Shown: positions 52,965 to 62,360, numbered from the stretch's first letter. The stretch is DNA of 64,000 nt from an uncultured virus (IMG/VR IMGVR_UViG_3300037455_001519) (IMGVR_UViG_3300037455_001519), one strand, 5' to 3'. Notes: a model not told the origin generated them from the sequence alone. Program-made: numbers and translations.

Positions 52965-53375
52965 ATGTCTACAAACACAAATAATTTATGGTATGTTATT
53001 ATTGGAGCATTAATCGTTCTTGCTATTTTTTTAGGAATAAATGCTCACGTCAATGATTCTGTTAATAGCGTATTCGAGCCTTCTAAAGAGACTATAGAAA
53101 TTAACAATTTTGATAAAAATGAAATTAAAGCAGAATGTTTTGTATTTACAAATTTTAAGACAGAAAATGGAGTGTTAACAGCTAACATAGAAAATAAATG
53201 TTATAACGATAAAACATATACATTCGAATTTACAATTTTTAAAAACAAAGAAGAAAGTGTAAAATTACCAAATTTAACAATAGCCATAACTGGTGAAAAT
53301 AAAATAGAAAATAAAGTATTAGGCTCTATACAAGGCATAGAAAGCATTTATGACCTAAAAATAAAAAGCATATAA
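52965..53375 (+). CDS. Pilin-like membrane-anchored protein
   Basis: MSTNTNNLWYVIIGALIVLAIF leader, then a small beta domain with a Cys pair. Confidence 0.65.
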   Translation: MSTNTNNLWYVIIGALIVLAIFLGINAHVNDSVNSVFEPSKETIEINNFDKNEIKAECFVFTNFKTENGVLTANIENKCYNDKTYTFEFTIFKNKEESVKLPNLTIAITGENKIENKVLGSIQGIESIYDLKIKSI

Positions 53376-53389
53376 ATATATGCTTTTTT

Positions 53390-54019
53390 TTATTTTCTTT
53401 CTTTTTTAGATTTTGATTCTAAGATTTCATCAGCTAAACCTTCTTTAACTGCTTGTTCGGCATTAATCCAGCAATCTGAATATTTTTTATCTTTATATTT
53501 ATTAATTACTTCTTCGCTACTAGCTTCTGCCATTAATTTAAATACTAAATCATTTAAATATTTAGATTCAGCTACTTCTTCTTCCATACTAGCTAATTTA
53601 CCTTGTGTTCCAGAAGATACACTATGAATCATTAATCTAGAATTTCTGCCAATTACGCGCTTACCAGTTGCTCTAATAAATAATATAGCCGCACAAGAAG
53701 CTGCCATACCATAACAGATAACATTTACCTTTGATTTTAAAGATTCCATTGTATCTATAATTCCTAATAAAGCATAAGCTTCTCCACCTGGAGAATTAAT
53801 AATCATTGTGATATCTTTTTCTTCAATTGCATCAAGATAAACTAATTGAGAGTGAATTAATTCAAACATTTGTTGATTAAATTCACCTGTAACATAAATT
53901 ATTCTGTCTTTTAAAACTCTTGAAAAAACATCATATGTAAATCTACCTTTATCGTTTTCTTCATTAATACTAGGAACTACACTTAATCCAGTAGTTTTAT
54001 TAAATAATTCTTGTTTCAT
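53390..54019 (-). CDS. clpP: ATP-dependent Clp protease proteolytic subunit, divergent
   Basis: YDVFSRVLKDRII, INSPGG, GMAASCAA (Ser), MIHS (His), DCWINAEQAVKEGLAD (Asp). Confidence 0.92.
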   Translation of the reverse strand: MKQELFNKTTGLSVVPSINEENDKGRFTYDVFSRVLKDRIIYVTGEFNQQMFELIHSQLVYLDAIEEKDITMIINSPGGEAYALLGIIDTMESLKSKVNVICYGMAASCAAILFIRATGKRVIGRNSRLMIHSVSSGTQGKLASMEEEVAESKYLNDLVFKLMAEASSEEVINKYKDKKYSDCWINAEQAVKEGLADEILESKSKKERK

Positions 54020-54042
54020 TTATAATCTCTCCTTATTACTTA

Positions 54043-54177
54043 TTATTTTAAAAATCCTATAATTCCCATTGCAAGATATATAATTGCAAGTAAAAATATA
54101 ACGCCGCCAATTATATAAAATAACAAATTAGAATTTTTAGTATTTTTATCTAAGCTATTTTTTAAATTTTTAAACAT
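54043..54177 (-). CDS. 44-aa single-TM microprotein MFKNLKNSLDKNTKNSNLLFYIIGGVIFLLAIIYLAMGIIGFLK
   Basis: GAGGAGG RBS; directly upstream of clpP; not in ORF track. Confidence 0.7.
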   Translation of the reverse strand: MFKNLKNSLDKNTKNSNLLFYIIGGVIFLLAIIYLAMGIIGFLK

Positions 54178-54284
54178 AAATAGAACCTCCTCTACTTGAT
54201 ATGTATATTATATCATAATTAACAAAAAAAGTCAATAAAACTATTTTTTTCTAATATAATAAAATAAATGAAGGAGGTATAAAT

Positions 54285-54401
54285 ATGGACAATCTTGTTG
54301 TGTTAATAATCATATCATTTTTAATGATTGGTTCTATAGTATACTTAAAATCAAAAGAAAAATCTGATAAAAAAGATACAAAGAAAAAAGACTCAGAATA
54401 A
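54285..54401 (+). CDS. 38-aa single-TM microprotein MDNLVVLIIISFLMIGSIVYLKSKEKSDKKDTKKKDSE
   Basis: TATAAT and AAGGAGGT upstream; terminator hairpin over the stop. Confidence 0.7.
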   Translation: MDNLVVLIIISFLMIGSIVYLKSKEKSDKKDTKKKDSE

Positions 54402-54410
54402 GAGTCTTTT

Positions 54411-56342
54411 TTAATTTTCTTCATTTTCATCATCAAATAGAGAATCAATATCAAAGAATGCTTTATCTTGATTTTTATCATCTGAACTATTTTCCTTTTC
54501 TTCTTCAACAGAAATGATATCTTCAGAAGTAGTATCTGTTTCAAAATCGTCATAAGCATAATCAGGTATAAAATCAGGATAATAATTATTGTATTGTTCT
54601 TCTTCGGCATCAGCAAGTTTTTCTAGAGAATTATCAAATTCATCATCTATAGTTTTAATTTTTGGTTCTTCATATTTACGTTCTATATTAATAATCATAT
54701 CTTCATCATCATTATCTGAAATGTAATTTTCATCTACTGTCTCTTCAGATATATTTTGATTATCATCTTCTGTGCTATAATCTATTACTTCATTTTCAGT
54801 ATTTATAACATCAGGAGTACTCACAACAGAATTATTAATATTTTCAATAATGTCTGTAAAATCATTATTTTCTTCAGCATCTATATCTGAATCATCCTCT
54901 ATATCCGTACTAGCTTCTTCAACTATATTAATAATGTCATTTTCACTTTCTTCTTCAGGTTGTTCTACATTTTCTTCAGAAACATTTTCATTTTCTAATA
55001 CATCATCTTCAATTTTATTTACATCATTTGTTTCTGTAAAAATTGATTCTACAACATTGTTTAAATTTTCAGCAGCATTTACTTCATTTGATAATTGATT
55101 TTTCTTTTTCTTCTTTTTCTTTTTTTTCTTTTTACTTTGAGTTTCTAAAGCTTCAGGATTAATATCAACAAGATTATTAATATCAAAACTTTCTGTTTCG
55201 TTTCTATATAAAGTAGGAATATCATCAATATTGTCTAATATAGCATCTACAATATTATCAGATGCAACAGGAAGTTCTTCTTGATTAATAGGGTTAAAAG
55301 TAGATTTTGCGCTATTATTAGATAAACTTTGATTAATATTATAAACTCTATTATTAAAATCTTCATTACTTATTTTAAAAGGAATATTATTATCAGGAAC
55401 GATTGTTTTCTTTTTTAACTTTTTACCAATATTAATAATAGATATTCTTTCTTCTTCGTCATCTAACCCATTATTATAAAAAGCACATTTTCCACATTTT
55501 TTAATACCCTTATCTACAGTCATATAAAAAATGGTATTAGGAGTACGTAATGAAAGTTCTCTAAATAATTGAATCTTATATAAATTAAAATCATCAACTG
55601 TTGTAATAGGTTTAAAATAAGAAAATTTATCAACAAAATATGTTATATCATTAAATACTAAACCAGATAAAAGAATGTAGTTTTTGACACAACTTTCTAA
55701 TAAATATTTAGCATCATAATCAAGTTCAGTAAACGAATTTAAAAATAATGTTGTTGATAAGTCATAGTTTTCATTATACTTAAGTAAATCTCCAATTTCT
55801 GTAATATAGTTATCTGCATCGTCTACATATAAATAATGTGGTCTTTTTAATGTAACTTCAGTATTTTGAATATCTATATATAAATGATGTAATATTTTTT
55901 TAAGCATTCTTCTACTTTTGTCTTTATATTTTTCTTCTTCTAAATCGATTATAATAATAGACTTATTTCTTATTTCTTGTTTATAATCAATTAGTTTAGT
56001 CATTTCATCATAATCATAAGGTTTATCTTCTAAAAGCATTTTATAAGTAGTAATATCAGCACTAGGTTTAATTACTTTTAATTGTGTTTTTCTTTTTAAT
56101 CTATTAGCAAGAGACATTAAAAAATAAGCTTCTTCTTTATCATTAACTATAAAAGTACATCCAACAAAATTACCACCATTTTGAATTTGTTGTTTAGCAA
56201 ATGCTGGAATAATTTTTGTAGTTTTTCCTGAATTTTTAGTTCCTATAACAGCTAAATTTAATAAACGACTTTTTTCAGAAATTTCAACAGTTTCTTCTTT
56301 GTCTATACCAATGATTAAATTTTGAATAGATTTATTATTCAT
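54411..56342 (-). CDS. Degenerate VirD4/TraG-like P-loop protein with long acidic low-complexity tail
   Basis: NLAVIGTKNSGKT Walker A; HYLYVDDAD Walker B; poly-Lys tract; D/E-rich C-terminal half. Confidence 0.6.
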   Translation of the reverse strand: MNNKSIQNLIIGIDKEETVEISEKSRLLNLAVIGTKNSGKTTKIIPAFAKQQIQNGGNFVGCTFIVNDKEEAYFLMSLANRLKRKTQLKVIKPSADITTYKMLLEDKPYDYDEMTKLIDYKQEIRNKSIIIIDLEEEKYKDKSRRMLKKILHHLYIDIQNTEVTLKRPHYLYVDDADNYITEIGDLLKYNENYDLSTTLFLNSFTELDYDAKYLLESCVKNYILLSGLVFNDITYFVDKFSYFKPITTVDDFNLYKIQLFRELSLRTPNTIFYMTVDKGIKKCGKCAFYNNGLDDEEERISIINIGKKLKKKTIVPDNNIPFKISNEDFNNRVYNINQSLSNNSAKSTFNPINQEELPVASDNIVDAILDNIDDIPTLYRNETESFDINNLVDINPEALETQSKKKKKKKKKKKNQLSNEVNAAENLNNVVESIFTETNDVNKIEDDVLENENVSEENVEQPEEESENDIINIVEEASTDIEDDSDIDAEENNDFTDIIENINNSVVSTPDVINTENEVIDYSTEDDNQNISEETVDENYISDNDDEDMIINIERKYEEPKIKTIDDEFDNSLEKLADAEEEQYNNYYPDFIPDYAYDDFETDTTSEDIISVEEEKENSSDDKNQDKAFFDIDSLFDDENEEN

Positions 56343-56469
56343 AATAATTATCCCTCCTCAAGATATATATATTATACTTTCTTTTATTTTAATAAAAACC
56401 TTTTTAATGTTTCAACTTTTTTTAAAATATAATAATATATCTAATAAGAATTAGATAAAGGAGTAAAAT

Positions 56470-57090
56470 ATGAAAAAACAAAAAACAAGACTAAGATTAA
56501 AAAGAAATGTAAAGGTTACATTACTTTCAATATTAGTCACTTCTATTATGGCAGGAGGTATTGTAGGTATTAAATCATTACAAACTCCACCAACAACAGT
56601 TGTTGACGCTGCTAAAGCAGAAATAACTGAAATAAAAATAGAAGAAATTGAAACTACTGAACCTACTACAGTAGCTGCACCTGTTGTAGCGCCAGTTGAA
56701 GCTGAGGGAACGAAGAAAGTTGAAGAAAAAACAGCAGTAGAAAATAATTCTATGCAATATAGAATGACTTTCTATGCTACTGATGACGGTTATGGAACTG
56801 GTTCTGTAACTGCTTCAGGAAAATCTACTAAAGATTTTCAAATCAATGAAAATGGATGGTATACATACCAAGGAAAACTTGTAGTTGCAACAGCATCAAC
56901 AAGACTTGGTAAAACCAATCAAAAAACATACAAACTTTACGATGAGTTAGAAATAACTATTAAAGGTAAAAAATACGATGCTATCGTATTAGATGCTTGC
57001 GGAGCTTGTATGAAGGGTAAAAAAATTGATTTATTTGTTAGTTCAACAAAATATGGCTATGACGGCCAAGTTACTGTAGTAAAGAAGTAG
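56470..57090 (+). CDS. Membrane-anchored 3D-domain (lytic transglycosylase-like) protein
   Basis: MTFY...TASG, VLDACGAC, KIDLF. Confidence 0.7.
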   Translation: MKKQKTRLRLKRNVKVTLLSILVTSIMAGGIVGIKSLQTPPTTVVDAAKAEITEIKIEEIETTEPTTVAAPVVAPVEAEGTKKVEEKTAVENNSMQYRMTFYATDDGYGTGSVTASGKSTKDFQINENGWYTYQGKLVVATASTRLGKTNQKTYKLYDELEITIKGKKYDAIVLDACGACMKGKKIDLFVSSTKYGYDGQVTVVKK

Positions 57091-57094
57091 TAAG

Positions 57095-57124
57095 GGAAGA
57101 CCAATTAAATGGTCTTTTTCTTTT
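57095..57124 (+). terminator. Intrinsic terminator
   Basis: AAGACCA-attaaa-TGGTCTT plus U tract. Confidence 0.7.
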
Positions 57125-57134
57125 GGTTTTAACC

Positions 57135-57163
57135 TTGAAAAAAGATTAAAAAAATGTTATAAT
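57135..57163 (+). promoter_or_regulatory. sigma-A promoter
   Basis: TTGAAA-17bp-TATAAT with extended TG. Confidence 0.7.
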
Positions 57164-57250
57164 AATAATCAGAAATAAAGAAAGAGATATGAAAAATATA
57201 AAATATATTAATTGATAATAATCAATTAGTTTAAGAAAGGAGATATAAAA

Positions 57251-59671
57251 ATGAAAATTGTTGTGCAAATAAGATTTAATACTTATTACAAACAAAAATT
57301 TGGAATCTATAAAGCTTTCTTATATGATAACAACGGGTATTGTATCGAATCTCAATATTCTTTAAAAGGAAAAACAATTTATCCTTTATTAGAAGGAAGA
57401 TGTTATGAACTTGAAGGAAACGAAGAATATGATAGTAAATATGGTAGAACATTTAATTTTAAAACTGCATTTGAAATTTTCCCAGTTAATAAAAAACAAA
57501 TGTCATATTTAGAAATATCTGAGATTAGAAGAAGCTACAATCGCTTTTTTACTAGTAATATAACAACAAGTGTTATTCAAAAAGAGTTAAGAGAGAGAAT
57601 TGATGAAGAAGATAAAGTAAGACAATTATTAAATTACAATATCAATTTCTTAGATGCTCAAAAACTAGTAGATAACGATGAAGATATTTTAGACAAAATA
57701 AAACAAGACCCGTATATACTATTAGATATTGCAAAAAACTTTGATTTCTTAAAATGTGATAAAATTGCATCAAAATGTAATTTAAATCCAAACGATTCTT
57801 ATCGAGTTAGAACAGGAATTAGAGAAACTTTAAAAGACATTTGTAATAGAACAGGTAATAGTTTTGTTGTTATTGATGAATTTTTTATTAAACTTGTAAA
57901 TGAAAATCTTAAATATTATTTAATACCTGAAGACATAAAAGAAATTATGTCGATATATAATCAAGATAAAAATAATAAATTAATTGATTTTAATGTATTT
58001 CATTTCTTTTATAATACAGTATTTATTCCTGAATTAGAAGAATGCATTCAAAACAATGAAAAGTATTTATTTTTTGAAACAGATTATGATAATATTTTAA
58101 ATGAATTAACAAAATCAGATAAGAAATTTACAGTATATCAAGATAAAATTTATTTAACAGAATTATATGAGGCAGAAGAATTAATTGCTAATAAAATAGT
58201 TGCGTTAAATAAAAATAAATCAGATAAAAATGATAAAAAAGAATTAAAACAACATATTCATATGTACGAAAGTAAAAATTCTATTACGCTTAATAAAAAG
58301 CAAAATGAAGCAATTAACCAAATTCTTGAATTTAAAAATGGTGGTGTATATATATTAACTGGTAAAGCAGGCACAGGCAAAACAACTGTTGTCGACGCAA
58401 TAGTTAATATAAATAATTCACTTAATAAACATTCATTAGTGGCTTTAGCAGCTCCAACAGGAAAAGCTGTAAAAGTAATAAAAGAATCCTTAACTACCTA
58501 TGCACCTGTTAATACTATTCACAGAATGCTAGGATATAATGGAGAAGAATTCCTTTATAATGAAAAAGCACCATTAAATGAAAGTTTTATTATTGTTGAT
58601 GAAACTTCAATGCTAGATTTAGAAATGGCTTCAAATCTTTTAAGAGCTATTAGAGACGACAGTAAAGTTTTATTTTTAGGAGACCCAAATCAATTACCTA
58701 GTATTGGTCCAGGTAAATTCTTAAAAGATATCATAGAATGTCTTCCGGACAATATTATTGAATTGACTGAAATATGTAGACAAAAAAATGGGTCAGGAAT
58801 TATAGAAAATAGTTCCAATATTTTAAATGAAGATATGATACAAACTTCTCAAACTAAAGATAATTATGTATTTTGGGGAAATAATGTAGATTTTTTTACA
58901 AAGAGATTATTTCAATCCATAGATTATTTAAAAAATAAATGTGGATTATCTAATGACGAAATAGAAATATTAACGCCAATGAGAATTGGACCATTAGGAA
59001 CATATCAATTAAATAAAATATTACAACAAAAATTTAATCCTCAAGGATATTCATTAATGGATATAGAAGAATATACCGATATTAAATCTTTCACTCCTAA
59101 CAAATTCAAAATAGGAGACAAAGTAATTAATATTAAAAATAATTATCAAATTTATAAATACGATAGACCTATTAACAGCGTAAACATAGATAGTTACATT
59201 GTTTATTGTACAAATATTATTATGAATGAAAATAATGTAAATAGATTAGACGGTAAAATAAAAGCTATAGGTGTTGCTAATGGAGAGTCTGGATATATTA
59301 CAGACATCTTTAGCACAGAAATTCCTATATTCGATTCTAAAGGAAGATTTAGAGGAAGAAAGAAAGCTGATTGTATTACCGTTGAGTTTGATGACGGATA
59401 TATATGTTTCGTTGATTCCACTGATTTACGTTTAGGTTATGCTGTAAGTGTACATAAAAGCCAAGGTAGTGGATGGAAAGGTGTAATTAGTATAGTTGGC
59501 CCTGGTCATCAAAAAATGGCTTGTAATGAATTAATATATGTTACAAATACACGTGCAAGAGAGCAAAATATTTATATTGGTAGTGAAGATATTTATAAAG
59601 AAGGTATTCACGTTCATTTAAATGATAGATTAACTACTTTAGTAAAAAGATTCCAACAAAAAAACAAATAG
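57251..59671 (+). CDS. recD2: Second RecD2-like SF1B helicase
   Basis: GKAGTGKT, APTGKAV, VDETSM, GDPNQLPSIG, YAVSVHKSQGS, YVTNTRAR. Confidence 0.9.
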   Translation: MKIVVQIRFNTYYKQKFGIYKAFLYDNNGYCIESQYSLKGKTIYPLLEGRCYELEGNEEYDSKYGRTFNFKTAFEIFPVNKKQMSYLEISEIRRSYNRFFTSNITTSVIQKELRERIDEEDKVRQLLNYNINFLDAQKLVDNDEDILDKIKQDPYILLDIAKNFDFLKCDKIASKCNLNPNDSYRVRTGIRETLKDICNRTGNSFVVIDEFFIKLVNENLKYYLIPEDIKEIMSIYNQDKNNKLIDFNVFHFFYNTVFIPELEECIQNNEKYLFFETDYDNILNELTKSDKKFTVYQDKIYLTELYEAEELIANKIVALNKNKSDKNDKKELKQHIHMYESKNSITLNKKQNEAINQILEFKNGGVYILTGKAGTGKTTVVDAIVNINNSLNKHSLVALAAPTGKAVKVIKESLTTYAPVNTIHRMLGYNGEEFLYNEKAPLNESFIIVDETSMLDLEMASNLLRAIRDDSKVLFLGDPNQLPSIGPGKFLKDIIECLPDNIIELTEICRQKNGSGIIENSSNILNEDMIQTSQTKDNYVFWGNNVDFFTKRLFQSIDYLKNKCGLSNDEIEILTPMRIGPLGTYQLNKILQQKFNPQGYSLMDIEEYTDIKSFTPNKFKIGDKVINIKNNYQIYKYDRPINSVNIDSYIVYCTNIIMNENNVNRLDGKIKAIGVANGESGYITDIFSTEIPIFDSKGRFRGRKKADCITVEFDDGYICFVDSTDLRLGYAVSVHKSQGSGWKGVISIVGPGHQKMACNELIYVTNTRAREQNIYIGSEDIYKEGIHVHLNDRLTTLVKRFQQKNK

Positions 59672-59672
59672 A

Positions 59673-59909
59673 TTATTTTTCTATTTGTTTTTTATTTTTC
59701 TTGATTTTAATAGCAGGGAATTTTAGTTTATCAAGTGAAATATCTGATTCATAAGGAACTGGATTATCTGTCTTTTTAGCTGCTAAATCCATATAAACAG
59801 TTGCAGTTTTAGAAAGAGTATCTACGCTTATAACTTTAACCATTATATTACTTTCTGCATATTCATCATAGAAAACCATCCACATACCTGGTTTAATTTT
59901 TTTGTCCAT
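59673..59909 (-). CDS. Small hypothetical protein (SH3/KOW-like beta pattern)
   Basis: AGGAGG RBS before ATG 59909. Confidence 0.65.
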   Translation of the reverse strand: MDKKIKPGMWMVFYDEYAESNIMVKVISVDTLSKTATVYMDLAAKKTDNPVPYESDISLDKLKFPAIKIKKNKKQIEK

Positions 59910-60140
59910 AAAATGTAAGCCTCCTAATTCTATATAAAAAGTAGCAACCACACTTTAACTTTTTTATAAAAGTTAGCTATTTCTTAATATTTTATAAACA
60001 CACAATAAATATTTCTTATATTTATTAATACAATTATAACACCTTTTGTAAAAAATGTCAATAAGATGTTAAAAAATGTAAAGTGTTAATAATAAAAAAT
60101 ATTGTTATTTTTATAAAAAAAATAAATATAATATGTATAT

Positions 60141-60252
60141 GATTAATAGAGGGTCGCGTCCTTTATTAATTCGTGTTCGAACACACAAAATCTTTAAATA
60201 GAACCCCTCATCTATTTAAAGGTGGAAAAGAAGGATTTATCCTTCTTTTTTT
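60141..60252 (+). ncRNA. Putative structured small RNA (~112 nt)
   Basis: TATAAT at 60127-60132; three consecutive hairpins and a terminator; no RBS-led ORF. Confidence 0.6.
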
Positions 60253-60313
60253 GTGCATATTAAAATAAAAAAAATATAAAATATATTATAAAAACATTGG
60301 GAGGTAAATGCTT

Positions 60314-60454
60314 ATGGATGATAATACAAACACTATTTTTATGATAATAGTAGGAGTTATTATTTTATGTTTGATTGTAATATTATTTAGAGATAATATT
60401 GGAGATTTAATTTCTGGAGCATTGGGTTCTCCTAATACTTATCAAACGCATTAA
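60314..60454 (+). CDS. 46-aa pilin-like microprotein MDDNTNTIFMIIVGVIILCLIVILFRDNIGDLISGALGSPNTYQTH
   Basis: GGGAGGT RBS, own terminator at about 60453-60484; hydrophobic helix then amphipathic helix, as in Flp-sized pilins. Confidence 0.7.
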   Translation: MDDNTNTIFMIIVGVIILCLIVILFRDNIGDLISGALGSPNTYQTH

Positions 60455-60488
60455 AAAAAGAGATACAAAAATATCTCTTTTTTTATAT

Positions 60489-60884
60489 TTAAATATAATT
60501 ATTGACAAAAGAATTAAATAAATGTTTGTCATTTATAAATATATTTTTATAAATATCTTCACATTCCAAGATGTATCCATTTTTTATTTTATCAATGTAA
60601 ATATCATTGTTTAATTCCTCTTGTAAAATATAGTCTATTTCTTGTGTAGTTAAATCGTTTTTTAAAGTTATTGAAAAATCAAGTGGAATATTATAATATT
60701 TAGCTACACTTTCAATAGTATACCCTTTAGTATATAAATAATCACTAAATTCATTTCGATTTGTAATTAAAACGAATAATGTAGGATTTTTTATTAAGTT
60801 AAATTTACGTTTTAACAAATTAGACTTTATAATTGTATCCATAAAATCCCTACTCATTTTTACTTTTAAAAAATTATAATCCAT
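60489..60884 (-). CDS. Hypothetical protein
   Basis: GGAGGG RBS before ATG 60884. Confidence 0.65.
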   Translation of the reverse strand: MDYNFLKVKMSRDFMDTIIKSNLLKRKFNLIKNPTLFVLITNRNEFSDYLYTKGYTIESVAKYYNIPLDFSITLKNDLTTQEIDYILQEELNNDIYIDKIKNGYILECEDIYKNIFINDKHLFNSFVNNYI

Positions 60885-61060
60885 ATTTTCCCCTCCAAAC
60901 ATTAATATTTTACAATTTAGAGAAATTGATAATAAAAATTGAAGCATTTTTAATCTTAAAATATTAATAAACCCTTATTTTAAAGGGCAATGAGTTATAT
61001 TTTTATTATTTTACAATATAATAACATTGTGTGTGATTTTCTTTCTAGGGGGAGATAAAT

Positions 61061-61894
61061 ATGGAAGAAAAGAGGGAAAGATATTCAAGCAGAATCGCTT
61101 GTTACAATAATATATATAATACGTCTAATGTGCCTTTTTGGGTATATTCAAACGTAATAGATAATTTTATGACAATGTTAGGAAATGTCGATGAATATAC
61201 AGAATATCATTGCTTTAGAGTAGCAACATTAACTAGCTTAATGTTAGAATTTGCAATAAATGCTCAAATAAATGAAGAAATTAATCAATTAAATAATCTT
61301 CAATGCAAAGATATCGTATATGGAGCTTATGTACACGACATTGGAAAAGCACAAGTACCAAGTTATATCTTAAGAGATAAAGAAAAATTAACAGAAGATG
61401 AATGGGTAGCATTAAAGGCGCATCCTGTAAATGGTGCATTTATGTTTTTGGGCCCAGGATTTGAAACTATCAGAGAAACTATACTTGGACATCACGAAAG
61501 ATTTGATGGAAATGGATATCCAATGGGAGATTGTGGAAAACAAATCGCATTAGGAGCACGTTTAGTTTGCGTATGTGATTCTTTAGATGCAATGACAGAC
61601 AAAAGACCATATCAAAATAATCAACCATTAACATTAGAAGAAGCATTGGTCGAAATAAACAAATTTGCTGAAACGCAATTTGACCCAGATATTGTAAATA
61701 TATTAAATGAACTCGTAAAAACTAAAGAATTCCAAGAATATTGGAATAATAGAAAAAATAAAGAATATTTAAAATTAGAATCAGAAAGAATTAAAAATTG
61801 GTTATATAATAAAGACCAACTTGAAGAAAAAATAAAAGTAGAAGAAAGAAATGTCGCAGTGATGAGAAAAATTTTAAATATAAAAAAGAGCTAA
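61061..61894 (+). CDS. Stand-alone HD-GYP domain phosphodiesterase
   Basis: HCFRV, HDIGK, HPVNG, HHERFDGNGYP, DSLDAMTDKRPY, QFDP. Confidence 0.92.
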   Translation: MEEKRERYSSRIACYNNIYNTSNVPFWVYSNVIDNFMTMLGNVDEYTEYHCFRVATLTSLMLEFAINAQINEEINQLNNLQCKDIVYGAYVHDIGKAQVPSYILRDKEKLTEDEWVALKAHPVNGAFMFLGPGFETIRETILGHHERFDGNGYPMGDCGKQIALGARLVCVCDSLDAMTDKRPYQNNQPLTLEEALVEINKFAETQFDPDIVNILNELVKTKEFQEYWNNRKNKEYLKLESERIKNWLYNKDQLEEKIKVEERNVAVMRKILNIKKS

Positions 61895-61913
61895 TTAATA
61901 GCTCTTTATTTTT

Positions 61914-62360
61914 TTATTCAAAATCAAGAAGACTTTCGTCGCATTGTACTTCATTTTCTGAAAGGCCGTCTAAATCAAAACTAACTAAAGTAGACATACG
62001 ATATTTTACATTAATCAAAATTTCTGATAAATATTTAATAAGTTCTTCTTTACTAGTAAAGGAAACTGTTTGAAATTTTATTTTATAATTTCTATTTGTT
62101 CTAATGTTGTTGTTTTTGTCTAAACTTTGATTTTCTTCCATAAAAATTTGATATGCATAACCGCTATATACCACGTCAGGATTCATAACATTATCTATAC
62201 CAAATTCAGTAGATACTTTATCCAAAATTTCATCAATTTTTTTTGAGATTAATTTAGGATATCTATTAGAAATTTCATTAATTTGTAAACTATAATTATT
62301 GTCAATTTGAACAGCTATTAAATTTTCATCTGAATATAATATATTATTCATAATTTTCAT
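61914..62360 (-). CDS. Hypothetical protein
   Basis: AGGAG RBS; 148 aa. Confidence 0.7.
   Translation of the reverse strand: MKIMNNILYSDENLIAVQIDNNYSLQINEISNRYPKLISKKIDEILDKVSTEFGIDNVMNPDVVYSGYAYQIFMEENQSLDKNNNIRTNRNYKIKFQTVSFTSKEELIKYLSEILINVKYRMSTLVSFDLDGLSENEVQCDESLLDFE

Noticed and set aside
55100..55135. Poly-Lys tract as a phase-variable slippage repeat
   Set aside because: Mixed AAA/AAG codons break the homopolymer and the frame is intact, suggesting protein-level selection
7563..57119. Identical 23-bp AAGACCAATTAAATGGTCTTTTT at 7563 and 57097, with similar AAGACC/GGTCTT stems at 3027 and 4743
   Set aside because: All sit at gene ends with U tracts; best explained as a favoured terminator, not att sites or a mobile repeat
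59950..60125. AT-rich gap as replication origin
   Set aside because: No DnaA boxes or iterons seen; explained by divergent promoters
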